From an uncultured Gemmatimonadota bacterium (lineage in GTDB: Bacteria > GCA-2686955), in NCBI GenBank assembly GCA_964490075.1, contig CAZBBK010000001.1, forward strand, positions 186,001-250,000: 64,000 bases of DNA, given 5' to 3'. The notes under the pieces are model-generated. The model had not been told where the DNA came from. It worked only from the letters and a program-made list of their open reading frames with translations, and ran no database searches. Shown piece by piece: positions 38,343 to 47,618 of this stretch (positions are counted from its first letter, which is position 1; each line of letters begins with the position of its first letter). The position numbers and the translations under genes are program-made.

Positions 38343-39166
38343 CGCTCCTGGCCGCGCTCGTCCTCGCGCCCATCGATTCCGCCCCCGCCGACTTCGCTGC
38401 GGAGATCGGCCTCGAGATGCTGAGCATCCCCGCCGGCAACTTCATGATGGGCTCGGCGCCCTCGGAGCGGGGTCGCGGCGCCGACGAAGCGCAACATCGG
38501 GTGACCCTCTCCGCCGACTTCCTGATCGCCGCCCACGAGCTGACCCGCGACCAGTGGAAAGCGGTGATGGGCTCCGCGCCCGGCAGCTTTCGAGACTCCG
38601 GCGATCTGCCGGTCGAAGGCGTGAGCTGGTTCGATGCGCTGCGCTTCTGCAACGGGCTCTCGGAGCACGCCGGACTCGAGCCGGTCTACACGATCGTCGG
38701 CACCAGCGCGCACTGGAATCGGCGCGCCGACGGCTACCGCCTGCCGACCGAGACGGAATGGGAGTATGCCTGCCGCGCCGGCACCACCAGCCATTTCTGG
38801 GTCGGAGACCGCGACAGAGTCATGCGGCGCGGCGGATGGTTCGGCGACAACTCCGCCCGGCGCCCCCATCCAGTGGCCGGCAAGGCCGCCAATCCCTGGG
38901 GGCTCTACGACGTGCACGGCAATGTCTGGGAATGGTGCTGGGACCACTACGGAGAGTACCCGGCCGGGCCGCTGGTCGATCCCACGGGGCCGGCGTGGGG
39001 AGCGAGCCGAGTGATTCGCGGCGGCGGCTGGAACACCGTCGCCCGCCAGTGCCGCTCGGCGACCCGCCACTACTACGAGCCCGACAACTACTGTTACGTC
39101 TTGGGGCTGCGGGTGGCTCGTTCGATCGCGGCGGGGTGGGCGCCAGGCGGGGATGCTGCCGAGTAG
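38336..39166 (+). CDS. FGE-sulfatase (SUMF1/EgtB/PvdO) domain protein
   Basis: IPAGNFMMGS, PVEGVSWFDA, YRLPTETEWEYACRAG, NPWGLYDVHGNVWEW, RGGGW, GLRVAR; short signal peptide. Confidence 0.9.
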   Translation: MLTLLAALVLAPIDSAPADFAAEIGLEMLSIPAGNFMMGSAPSERGRGADEAQHRVTLSADFLIAAHELTRDQWKAVMGSAPGSFRDSGDLPVEGVSWFDALRFCNGLSEHAGLEPVYTIVGTSAHWNRRADGYRLPTETEWEYACRAGTTSHFWVGDRDRVMRRGGWFGDNSARRPHPVAGKAANPWGLYDVHGNVWEWCWDHYGEYPAGPLVDPTGPAWGASRVIRGGGWNTVARQCRSATRHYYEPDNYCYVLGLRVARSIAAGWAPGGDAAE

Positions 39167-39232
39167 GATCATTCGGCGAGATGTGGCAAGCGGGCTCCTC
39201 GCGCCGCGGATGTGGTTCTCTCCCGTGCAGGC

Positions 39233-40627
39233 TCAACGCGATAGCGGGCGCTCACCCAGAGTGTAGACCGCACCCTTCGTCGCCCCCCTCTTGTGTAGCA
39301 GACGGCGCCCGACGAGCGCGGCGAGACGATTGCGCGCCGTACGCGCGCTGCAGTTGCAGTGGGTCGCGACCTCGGCGGACGAGACGATCTCCTTGCTGGC
39401 CACGAGCCGGAGGATCGCCAGCTCATCGGCGCTGAGATCGCTCGGCCAACGCCACACCGAAGACACCTGGGTGAAGAAGCCCTTCTGGGAGAAACGCGCC
39501 GGCGGCAGTCGACTGTCCGCGAGCTCTTGCAGGGCCAGCCGGATTCCGGTTCCCCAGCCTTCGATCAACCCCAACTCGTTGAGGGCGCGCGCAAGGACCG
39601 GGTTGCCCAGCATCGAGATGCCCGTGCCGAGATCGGTCAGCTCCAGTCCCTCGGGTATCGGACCGGAGCTCGTGATCTCGATCAGGTCGTCGAACACCGC
39701 CAGTCTCACGGGTCCCGTGCCCGGCTCGTAGCTGCGGTGGCAAAGCGCGTTGATCATGAGCTCGCGGAACGCCAACACTGGGTACGCGAAGCGCTCGCTG
39801 CGTTCTCTCTCTCCGCGCACCGCCTTGACCGGTAGATGCTTGCGAAGAAAGGTCAGCGCCTCGTTGTAGAGCTTCCAGACCGGCAGATCGACGGATCGCT
39901 TGTCGAGGAACTCGGCGGCCCTCGTGCCGCGAAATCGCGCCATCTCCAGTCCCACCCGAGGCAGGATCTCACCGGGGCGAGCATGGAAGAGGAGAAGGGC
40001 CGCTATCGTCGGCGCGAGCCCGCCGCCGACATCCACGGCCAGTCGGGTCCTCTTCAGCCAACGCTCTCGCGGCCCGCGAGGAGGAGCGATGCCCCGCCGT
40101 TCCTCGCGGGTCTGGAGGAACTCGTCGATCAGTGCGGGACTCAGGTCCTCCAGACGCAGATCATGACAGGGCAATGTGTCCCAAGACAGGCCGCGCGACT
40201 CGAGGCGCAAGCGCTCGATCGTCGCCGAATCGGCCCGCCGAGTGCTGCTGCCGATGCGCACGAAGGTGCTGCCGGCCAGAGGCCCGGCGATCACCTGGTA
40301 AGGACGCTGGTATCCCTGCTGTACGTGAATGGCGAGAATGTGCCGGCCTTCGACATTGGCGAGGCGGATCGTTGGAACGATTCGCGGCGAGATGTTGTTT
40401 GCCGCGATCGAGCTCACTTTGCGCTCCAACTCGACCGCCACTGACTCCGGCACTCCCACGACCGTCCGCGGAAGACCGTCGCTGATCCCGATGAGCAGAT
40501 CACCGGCAGCGCTATTGGCGAAGGCGCACAGGGTCGCCGCGATGTCGCGGCTCGCCGGAAAGCGCTCTTTGAGCTCGAGTTCGGTGCCCTCTGCTTCGTC
40601 GAGCAAATCGCGGACTGCCCTGGTCAT
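39233..40627 (-). CDS. Schlafen/AlbA_2 + HATPase_c_4 (RecG C-terminal-like) + HTH protein
   Basis: EGTELELKE, AFANSAAGDLLIGISD, RIGSSTR, RELMINALCHRSY, NPVLA, EGWGTG, C-terminal wHTH; GAGGAG RBS. Confidence 0.9.
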   Translation of the reverse strand: MTRAVRDLLDEAEGTELELKERFPASRDIAATLCAFANSAAGDLLIGISDGLPRTVVGVPESVAVELERKVSSIAANNISPRIVPTIRLANVEGRHILAIHVQQGYQRPYQVIAGPLAGSTFVRIGSSTRRADSATIERLRLESRGLSWDTLPCHDLRLEDLSPALIDEFLQTREERRGIAPPRGPRERWLKRTRLAVDVGGGLAPTIAALLLFHARPGEILPRVGLEMARFRGTRAAEFLDKRSVDLPVWKLYNEALTFLRKHLPVKAVRGERERSERFAYPVLAFRELMINALCHRSYEPGTGPVRLAVFDDLIEITSSGPIPEGLELTDLGTGISMLGNPVLARALNELGLIEGWGTGIRLALQELADSRLPPARFSQKGFFTQVSSVWRWPSDLSADELAILRLVASKEIVSSAEVATHCNCSARTARNRLAALVGRRLLHKRGATKGAVYTLGERPLSR

Positions 40628-40641
40628 TCGAAGGCTCCTCG

Positions 40642-40683
40642 TGCCGAATCTTGCCGAATAATATTATTCGGCAGGATTCGGCA
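40642..40683. promoter_or_regulatory. 42-bp near-perfect palindrome (candidate operator) between divergent genes
   Basis: TGCCGAATCTTGCCGAATAAT | ATTATTCGGCAGGATTCGGCA, 20/21 matches; each arm has two TGCCGAAT repeats 10 bp apart. Confidence 0.7.
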
Positions 40684-40733
40684 AACAACCCCCCGGGTTG
40701 CCCCCCGCGCCGCCGCTGTGGTTCCCTCCCGAG

Positions 40734-42038
40734 ATGGGCTCGACCGAGATCTGGACGCGCAGCCTGGTGGAACGCTCCCTGCGCATCGATCTCGATTTCC
40801 TGGGGGCGTTCGTCCTCTGGGTCACGGCGGCTCTCGCGCTCTATCATCTGTGCCCCGACCGCCACCGGAAGACGGTGCTGCTGGCGAGCGGAGTCGCCTT
40901 CCTGGCCCTCTTCCTCGAGCCGCGCGTCACCATCTTCGCGCTCGTCTTCTCCTTCGCCTTCCACCACCTGACGGTGGGCGGCGACTACCGGCGGCCGGTG
41001 CGGCTCGGCGGCGGCGCGGCGCTGCTCCTGGGGGTCTTCGTTCCGGTCTGCCTGGACGGCTGGATCTTCGACTACTTCGCGCGCGGACTGACGGTGCAGA
41101 GCGCGGTGGCGGCGTGGGCCCTGGTGGCGTTCTCGACCAAGGCCGTCTACGTGCTGCACGAGATCCACACCCGGCGCATCGAAAAGGTGTCGCTGGAGGA
41201 TTTCCTGATCTACATGTGGGCGCTGCCGGCCGGCCTGGGTCGCAGCGCCATCATCCCCTGCTCCCATTTCTGGGACCGCCATCGCTTGCGCCCTTCCCGA
41301 AAACTGGTTGCCAAAGGCGGAGCCACGCTCGCCTTCGCGGCGCTGCACCTGCTGGCGGTGCCCGTCCTCTTCAAGGCGCTCTCCGGCTACCGGCTCGACG
41401 GACGCTTCGCCTCGACCCTCGACCATCGAAGCTGGCTGGGGGTCTGGATCGCCCTCAACACCTTCCACCTGCAGATCTACCTCGCCAAGTACGGCTACGA
41501 GCAGCTCGGCATCGGCCTCGCCCGGGTGTTCGGATTCGACATCAAGGACAACTTCGCCAATCCCCTGGCCTCAAACACCTACGCGGCCTACTGGCGGCGC
41601 TGGAACATCTACTTCCGCGACCTGCTGGTATCGCTGGTCTACTATCCAACCTTGCTCGCGCTCTCGCGGACTCGGCCGCGGGCCCGCTGGCTCAATCTGA
41701 GCCTGGCCTGCGCCGCCACCTTTGGCGCGAACTACCTCTTCCTGCTCTTCTCGCACCTGCTCTTCGTCCCGCCCGGCAACGGCGCGACCCGCCTCGACGT
41801 GGCGTGGACGCTGGCGATCTTCGATCTGTGCCAGACTCTGCTCGTCGTTCTCTCGCTGGCGATCGAGTCGCGCTTCCCCTTGCGGCGCGGCCGCTTCGCC
41901 TCCTGGCCGGCCGCCGTCCTGGGCGTCGTGCTGACCTTTCATGTGCGCTCGGCGCTGCTCTTCTTCTTCAAGGTGCACAGCGGAGTCCCACCCGACGACC
42001 TCTTCGCCATCCTCGGCGCGGCGCTTCTGATTTACTGA
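40734..42038 (+). CDS. Divergent MBOAT-family membrane protein
   Basis: GLARVFGFDIKDNFANP, YWRRWNIYF...VYYP; multi-TM. Confidence 0.8.
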   Translation: MGSTEIWTRSLVERSLRIDLDFLGAFVLWVTAALALYHLCPDRHRKTVLLASGVAFLALFLEPRVTIFALVFSFAFHHLTVGGDYRRPVRLGGGAALLLGVFVPVCLDGWIFDYFARGLTVQSAVAAWALVAFSTKAVYVLHEIHTRRIEKVSLEDFLIYMWALPAGLGRSAIIPCSHFWDRHRLRPSRKLVAKGGATLAFAALHLLAVPVLFKALSGYRLDGRFASTLDHRSWLGVWIALNTFHLQIYLAKYGYEQLGIGLARVFGFDIKDNFANPLASNTYAAYWRRWNIYFRDLLVSLVYYPTLLALSRTRPRARWLNLSLACAATFGANYLFLLFSHLLFVPPGNGATRLDVAWTLAIFDLCQTLLVVLSLAIESRFPLRRGRFASWPAAVLGVVLTFHVRSALLFFFKVHSGVPPDDLFAILGAALLIY

Positions 42039-42042
42039 GCCA

Positions 42043-42576
42043 ATGTCCCTGAGCTCCAACTCCAAAGCCCGAAGCTGGTCGCGAGTCGCGATCGCGCTGT
42101 GGATCCCGACCGTCGCGGTGCTGATCTGGATGGCCCGCGATCGACCGCTCCCCGACCCCCAGGCGCAGGCCGGCGACACCCGCGAGGGGGTGGGGCTGCT
42201 GCCGGACGAGACCGAGTTCGTGCGGCGCAGGATGCGCGAGAACCTGGTGGCCTTGCACCGCATCCTCGACGCCGCCGCCAAGGACGATATGCGCACCGTG
42301 GCGCTGGTCGCCACCCACGCCGGCAATCTGCCGATGCTCGGCCAGCAGTATCCCAGCCTGCGAGGGATCATCCCGCCCCCCTGGACCCAGCTCGGCCGCA
42401 TGGTCCACACCGAGCTGGGCAACCTGGCGCGGGCCGCGCGCCGGGGCATGCCGGTCGAGGAGCTGCCGGAGCACCTGGCACGGGTGACCTCGGGCTGCGT
42501 CTCCTGCCACAACACCTACCGCATCGCCCCCGAGGATCCCGAGCGCCGCGCCCGCGCCGCGCGGAGACGACGTTGA
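42043..42576 (+). CDS. Cytochrome c'/c556-like protein (paralog of 9015..9557)
   Basis: TM anchor, MRENLVALHRIL, C-terminal CVSCH..YR. Confidence 0.75.
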   Translation: MSLSSNSKARSWSRVAIALWIPTVAVLIWMARDRPLPDPQAQAGDTREGVGLLPDETEFVRRRMRENLVALHRILDAAAKDDMRTVALVATHAGNLPMLGQQYPSLRGIIPPPWTQLGRMVHTELGNLARAARRGMPVEELPEHLARVTSGCVSCHNTYRIAPEDPERRARAARRRR

Positions 42577-42864
42577 GGAGTCGATCCCCGGCCGGCTGGC
42601 GTTGACCACCTCGAAGCACACCCCCTCGGGCCCGTGCTCGTTGAGCAGCCCCTCGAGCTGGCGCGGGTAGGCGCTCTCCCCGCCGACCGCCGTGCTCGAT
42701 TCCCCCAGGCAGAGAACCCGCACCGCCCGACCCTCGCCCGCGTCCGGCAGCACGTTGCGCCGCGCCTCGCGCGCCAGGAAGAGCCCGCCCGCGACGCGCA
42801 GCGCGATTTCGAGCGCCACCAGGCCGGCCAGGCAGCCCAGGCACGCGCTGATGAACCGGCTCAT
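42574..42864 (-). pseudogene. Truncated N-terminal copy of the SGNH-TPR gene
   Basis: MSRF...LEIALR...VLCLGESSTAVGG..AYPRQLE.LLNEHGP...RPGIDSS matches 11867.., then similarity stops at the cytochrome gene's stop codon. Confidence 0.8.
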
Positions 42865-43031
42865 GGGCAGCAACGCTAGCTCGCGTCCCGAGCGCCTTCA
42901 AGCCACGAAGCAGCGACCGAGGTTCGCGTCTTCTCGGATTCCCCCGTCAAGCATCCCGGGATGTCGGACTCAAGCAAGCGCAGCGGAGTCCGATTCCCAA
43001 CAAATAGGCCAGAGGAGCTCAGGCAGACATC

Positions 43032-43622
43032 ATGTACGGTGGATCCGGGGAGATCAGCCGACGCGCATTCATCGCCAAGGCGGGCGCGATCGGCGTGTAC
43101 GCGGCACTCGGCCTTCCGGCCTGTGGCGGTGGCTACGATCATGCGCCCCTGATCGCCCTCTGGCGACGCCGCCACGCCCTCGAGAAGCCGCGCCTGAAAG
43201 GGCTGCGCTTCACCCTCTCGCCGAACCAGATCTCCTCCGGCAAGATGCTCAAGGTGGTGCTGCGCGATCAGCTCGGCGGCGACTGGCTCTTCAAGATGGG
43301 CGATCAGGCGATCGACGGCGCCGAAGCGGTCTATCGCCTCGGCTGCCTCCTCGACTGGGAGACCCCGGAGCCGCAGCGTGCCGAGCTGCCGGTCAACGAT
43401 TCGCGGGTCACGGGCAGCGTGCAGCGCTTCGTGCCCAACGCCGGCGTGCTGGCAGAGTCTGCGCCGGGCTCCAGGCCGAGCGACTTCGGGCCGCGGTCGA
43501 GGAGCTCCGCGAGCTGCACGAGGAGGCACGCGACGGCCGCGCCCCGGAGGCCGCTCGAATACCTGGGACCCCTGACCCATCTCAACGAGCTCTTCCCGGT
43601 CTCCGATGGGTCGCACGCGTGA
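43032..43622 (+). pseudogene. Tat-signal lipoprotein with a kinase-like N-lobe, probably degenerate
   Basis: SRRAFI and LPAC signals; WLFK, AEAVYRL, GSVQRF resemble PI3/4K- or Fam20-like kinases; after ~43450 protein-like text shifts frame and no catalytic loop is seen. Confidence 0.45.
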
Positions 43623-43829
43623 GGCAATGGCGGCCTGGGCGCCGGGGCGCGCTTTCATGGCAGCAGCGCCCCGTAGAGGTGACCCGCCCCCCGGGCGGCC
43701 CGAGATCCCCCGCGTGGCACGCCGAGCGGCCGGCGAAGATCCCGCTCGATCGGACCTCGGCTACGATGTCGTCGGCCCGCCAGAGTACAGTGGTTGCCCG
43801 CTTCGCAATTCCCAATTGGACCGCCAGGA

Positions 43830-45128
43830 ATGCCCGAACTGCCGCGGCTGATCGAGGGGCTCGATCTGAAGGTGCTGCACTTGGAGCTTTCGCTCTTGGT
43901 CACCTATCTGGTGTATTGCGCTGGGACGGCGGCGCTGCTGCACGTGGTGCCCGAGCGGAGCCGCCTTTGGGTACTGCTGTGCGCCAGCCTGCTCTACCTC
44001 GCGATCTTCTTCAGCCCCACCCTAACGCTCTTTCTGCTCGGCTTCACCCTACTCCTGCAGGGGACCAGTGCCGGGCCCCTGCGCTCGGCGCGGCTCGGCC
44101 TGCTACCGGCCGCCGCTTTGCTGCTGGCGGTCTTTCTGCCGGCCTGCTTCAGCGGGCGGCTGGTGGAGCTGGGCCCTCGGGGACCGCTCGACCAGGCGCG
44201 CGGCTTCGTCGCCCTCTTCTTGCTGATCACCTACTTCAAGAAGGCCCTCTACTACCTCTACGAGCTGCGCTGCGGGCGCGTCGAGCGCGCCGACCTGGCC
44301 GGCGTGCTGGTCTACTTCCTCTCCCTGCCCTTCCTACTGGGCATGGCCCCGGTGGTCTCCTACACCCACTTCCACGACCGCTTCGGGGCCCTGCCTCCCG
44401 CCCGGGCGGTGATCTCGGCGCTGCGCACGATCGCCAAGGCTCTGCTCCATTTCCTGGGCCTGGCGCTGATCCGTTCGCTCTTCAACGACCTGTGGATCGG
44501 TCCGACCTTCGTCGCCTCCGCCGCCGCCCTTTCCCCTCCCAGCGTGGCGCTGGCGCTGGCGCTGAACTACCTGGCCTTCTACGCCTACCATTACGGTGCC
44601 GACCAGCTCTCGGTGGGGATGGCGCGGCTGCACGGCTTCGACATCCGGGACAACTACGCAAACCCACTCGCGGCCCGCGACTATGCCGACTTCTGGCGGC
44701 GCTGGAACGTCCATTTTTTCGCGAGATGATGGTCTCGATCGTCTGCCTGCCGGTCATGTTGCGGCTCACCCGGCGCAATCCGCGGCGAAAGGCCTTCAAT
44801 CTGAGCATCGCCTGCACCGCGACCTTCGTCTGTCAGGGTTTCGTGAGCATCTTCGCCAGCGGGATCACGCTGCCGATCGTTTTGCACGATCTCTGGATCG
44901 ATCTCTGCTGACGCGGGGGCTCTATCATCTGCTGCAGATCCCTCTGGTGGTCGGATCGCTGTTACTCTTGGGCAGGAAACGTCGCAGAGGATTTTCGTTG
45001 AGGTGGAGGGCCGAGGTGGGTATTGGGATTACTTTCTGCCTTCGTTCGCTGGTTATGACTCTTGCCCACAGCAACAAGGGGTCGGCCTCGGCGAAGCCTT
45101 CGACATCGTGGCCGCACTGCTGTCTTGA
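43830..45128 (+). pseudogene. MBOAT-family gene with three frameshifts (paralog of 40734..42038)
   Basis: Similarity to the paralog continues across shifts at the T6 run 44714-44719, at ~44905 and at the G run ~45078-45081, ending GEAFDIVAALLS-stop. Confidence 0.8.
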
Positions 45129-45151
45129 AGAGACGGATTGGGGGATCCGGC

Positions 45152-47290
45152 ATGGACCCAGTCGATCTTGCACCGACCCGCGGGACACTGCTCGCGCTCC
45201 TCGTCGCCCTCGGCGGCTGCGGGGGGAGCGGAGAGCCGGTTCGGGGGACCGCCCCGGGGCCGGGCGAGGCTCCCCGCACCCTGCTGCTCATCGAATGGAC
45301 CGGGGCGGAGCCGGAGCTCGTGGGGTCGATGCTCGCCGAGGGCGAGCTGCCGAATCTACGGAGGTTGGTCGCCGAGGGCGGCTACGCGGAGCTCGCCACC
45401 GAGGGAGCGCGGTGGAGCGATGTGCCCTGGGCCGATGCGACGATGGCCGGGCAATCGGCGGTGCCGCCGGGCGACAGCTTCTTCGAATCGCTGAAAAGGA
45501 CCGACCCCTCGATCAAGAGGGTCGCGGTCGACGGGGGGCAGGGAAGCGCCCGCGACTGGGATCTGGACCTTTTGGTCGACACGGGGGGCGGGAGCAACGC
45601 CTGGGTCACCGAGAAAGCGGTGGTCTGCCTGAGCGACCTCGCCGAGGAGCGGACCACGGCCTTCATCCGCTACCGCGCTTCGGGGAGGGAGCGCTTGCAG
45701 GAGTCCGACGAGGCGCTGAGGACGCTACGCACGGCGCTGCGAATCCTGGGGTTGCGTGACGAGACACGCATCTACGTCGGCGGAGGGTCGAAGGACGAGA
45801 TGCGGTTCCTGGCGACCAACGACGGGGGGGTGGCCTCGGTCGTGGCGCGGATGAGGGAGAGCGAAGCCGCGAGCTCGAGCGTTCGTGAACGCCCCGATGG
45901 GACGAAGACCACCGCACTCTCCCTCCCGAATATCCTCTTGATCGTCGTCGACACTCTTCGTGCGGACCGCCTTTCCGCCTACGGCTACCCGAAACCCACC
46001 ACTCCGAATATCGATGCGCTCGCCGCTCGGGGGGTGCGTTTCGAGGCCGCGAGCGCTCCCTCGTGCTGGACGCTCCCCTCTTTCGCTTCGATCCTGACAG
46101 GCAAGCATGCGCGGACACTCGGGCTATTCGACGAAGAGCGGCAAGTCGTGAGATTCCCTTATCCCAATCCTCCTTTGGATGCACGGGAGACCCTCCTCTC
46201 GGAGGTGTTGCAGGGGGCGAATTACCGTACCGCGGCCTTTTTCACTGGGCGTTTCAACGATGTGGAATACGGCTTTGCCCGAGGTTTCGACTGCTACCGT
46301 AACTGCAGGCGTGCCGGCGACCACAGCTTTCGTGCCAAATGCTCGTTTCCTGAGTTTCTTTCCGATCTCATGGCCTGGACCGCCGCTTCCGATGGGCGGC
46401 CCTTCTTCGCCATGCTCAATCCGGCGGATGTCCATCGGCCCTACCTGCCGCCGATCGAGTACCGGAAGCCGCATGTGGGAACTTACGAGGGCCCTCTCGC
46501 GACGATCGGCTTGTCCCGGAATCTTCTGCTGAGTATCGGCAGCGATATCGATGGTTGGTACTTCGCTCCAGGATCGCCCTCGGATGGAGTCCGCCGCCGT
46601 CTGGACCAGAGGGACATCGACTATCTGAGGAATCGCTACGACGCGGCCCTCACCTACACCGACGACTATGTCGGATTGATCCTCGATCGCCTGGGCGATG
46701 AGATTCTCTCGAACACCATCGTCGTCGTGATCGGCGACCACGGAGAGTCGCTCGGGGATCACGGAGTTTTTCTTCACAACACCAGTCCGCCTCGGCTCTA
46801 CGAAGAGATTTGCCATGTACCCTGGATCATGAGCGCGCCGGCGCAATGGCTCGGGCCGGTTCGGCGGCCGGTGGTTCGGGAGCCGGTGATGCTCGTCGAC
46901 CTGATGCCGACGCTGCTCGATCTGGTCGGGGTTCCGGTGGAGGATCGCCCGCGAGGGATGCAGGGGAGGAGTCTGCTCGGGGTGATCCGCGGCGAGGAAG
47001 AGGAGGATCCGGACCGGATCGTCTTGTCGGAAGCGGTCGGATACGGCCGTCTGGTCAGCATGGTGCGACAAGGGGATTGGAAGCTGATCTCGACGAGTTG
47101 GAAGGGGCGATCGCCGAGACTGGAGCTCTATGATCTCGGATCCGACCCGGGCGAGACCAAAAACCTGGCGCGGCGGGAGCGCGCCAAGACCGAGCATCTG
47201 CTGGAAGAGCTCGACAGACTGCGTCATCCTCCGCGCTCTCTTCTGTCGCCGGCTTCCGCGGGAGATCGCGGTCTCGCGGCGAGCTGGTGA
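45152..47290 (+). CDS. Lipoprotein with a degenerate phosphodiesterase-like N-domain and a sulfatase-like domain
   Basis: LGGC lipobox; GELPNLRRL; PNILLIVVDTLRADRL, WTLPSFASILTG, HRPY, DHGE, VDLMPT, ELYDLGSDPGE. Confidence 0.85.
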   Translation: MDPVDLAPTRGTLLALLVALGGCGGSGEPVRGTAPGPGEAPRTLLLIEWTGAEPELVGSMLAEGELPNLRRLVAEGGYAELATEGARWSDVPWADATMAGQSAVPPGDSFFESLKRTDPSIKRVAVDGGQGSARDWDLDLLVDTGGGSNAWVTEKAVVCLSDLAEERTTAFIRYRASGRERLQESDEALRTLRTALRILGLRDETRIYVGGGSKDEMRFLATNDGGVASVVARMRESEAASSSVRERPDGTKTTALSLPNILLIVVDTLRADRLSAYGYPKPTTPNIDALAARGVRFEAASAPSCWTLPSFASILTGKHARTLGLFDEERQVVRFPYPNPPLDARETLLSEVLQGANYRTAAFFTGRFNDVEYGFARGFDCYRNCRRAGDHSFRAKCSFPEFLSDLMAWTAASDGRPFFAMLNPADVHRPYLPPIEYRKPHVGTYEGPLATIGLSRNLLLSIGSDIDGWYFAPGSPSDGVRRRLDQRDIDYLRNRYDAALTYTDDYVGLILDRLGDEILSNTIVVVIGDHGESLGDHGVFLHNTSPPRLYEEICHVPWIMSAPAQWLGPVRRPVVREPVMLVDLMPTLLDLVGVPVEDRPRGMQGRSLLGVIRGEEEEDPDRIVLSEAVGYGRLVSMVRQGDWKLISTSWKGRSPRLELYDLGSDPGETKNLARRERAKTEHLLEELDRLRHPPRSLLSPASAGDRGLAASW

Positions 47291-47297
47291 TTGGCCG

Positions 47298-47618
47298 ATG
47301 GGGAAGAGTATCGCATTCGCACTCGCATCGATTCGATCGCTAGCCTGTCGCGATGCACTTTCCGTCCAGCCCGACTATTTCCCCACCGATGGGTGGCGAA
47401 CGAAGGCACCGCACGACCTTGGGATCGATCGCTCGGTGCTCGACGCATTGCACCGCGCTTTCTCGAGAGGCGAGTATGGATATGTAGACGGAATGTTGAT
47501 TGTACGCAACGGATATATCGTCTACGAAAAGAGCTACACGCTTCGATACGATCGCGCCAACGAGGGGGCACGGCGCCGACACCCGAGTTTCTATTACGAC
47601 GCATCGCCATATCCCTAA
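47298..47618 (+). pseudogene. Serine hydrolase (beta-lactamase class C-like) N-terminal fragment truncated by IS1595
   Basis: PTDGW...LGID...MLIVRNGYIVYEKSY; ends at the IS left end with no SxxK motif. Confidence 0.65.

Noticed and set aside
38336..39166. True formylglycine-generating enzyme or SenA/EgtB
   Set aside because: Lacks the FGE catalytic Cys pair after RGG and has no DinB domain; no C/SxPxR substrates in the window.
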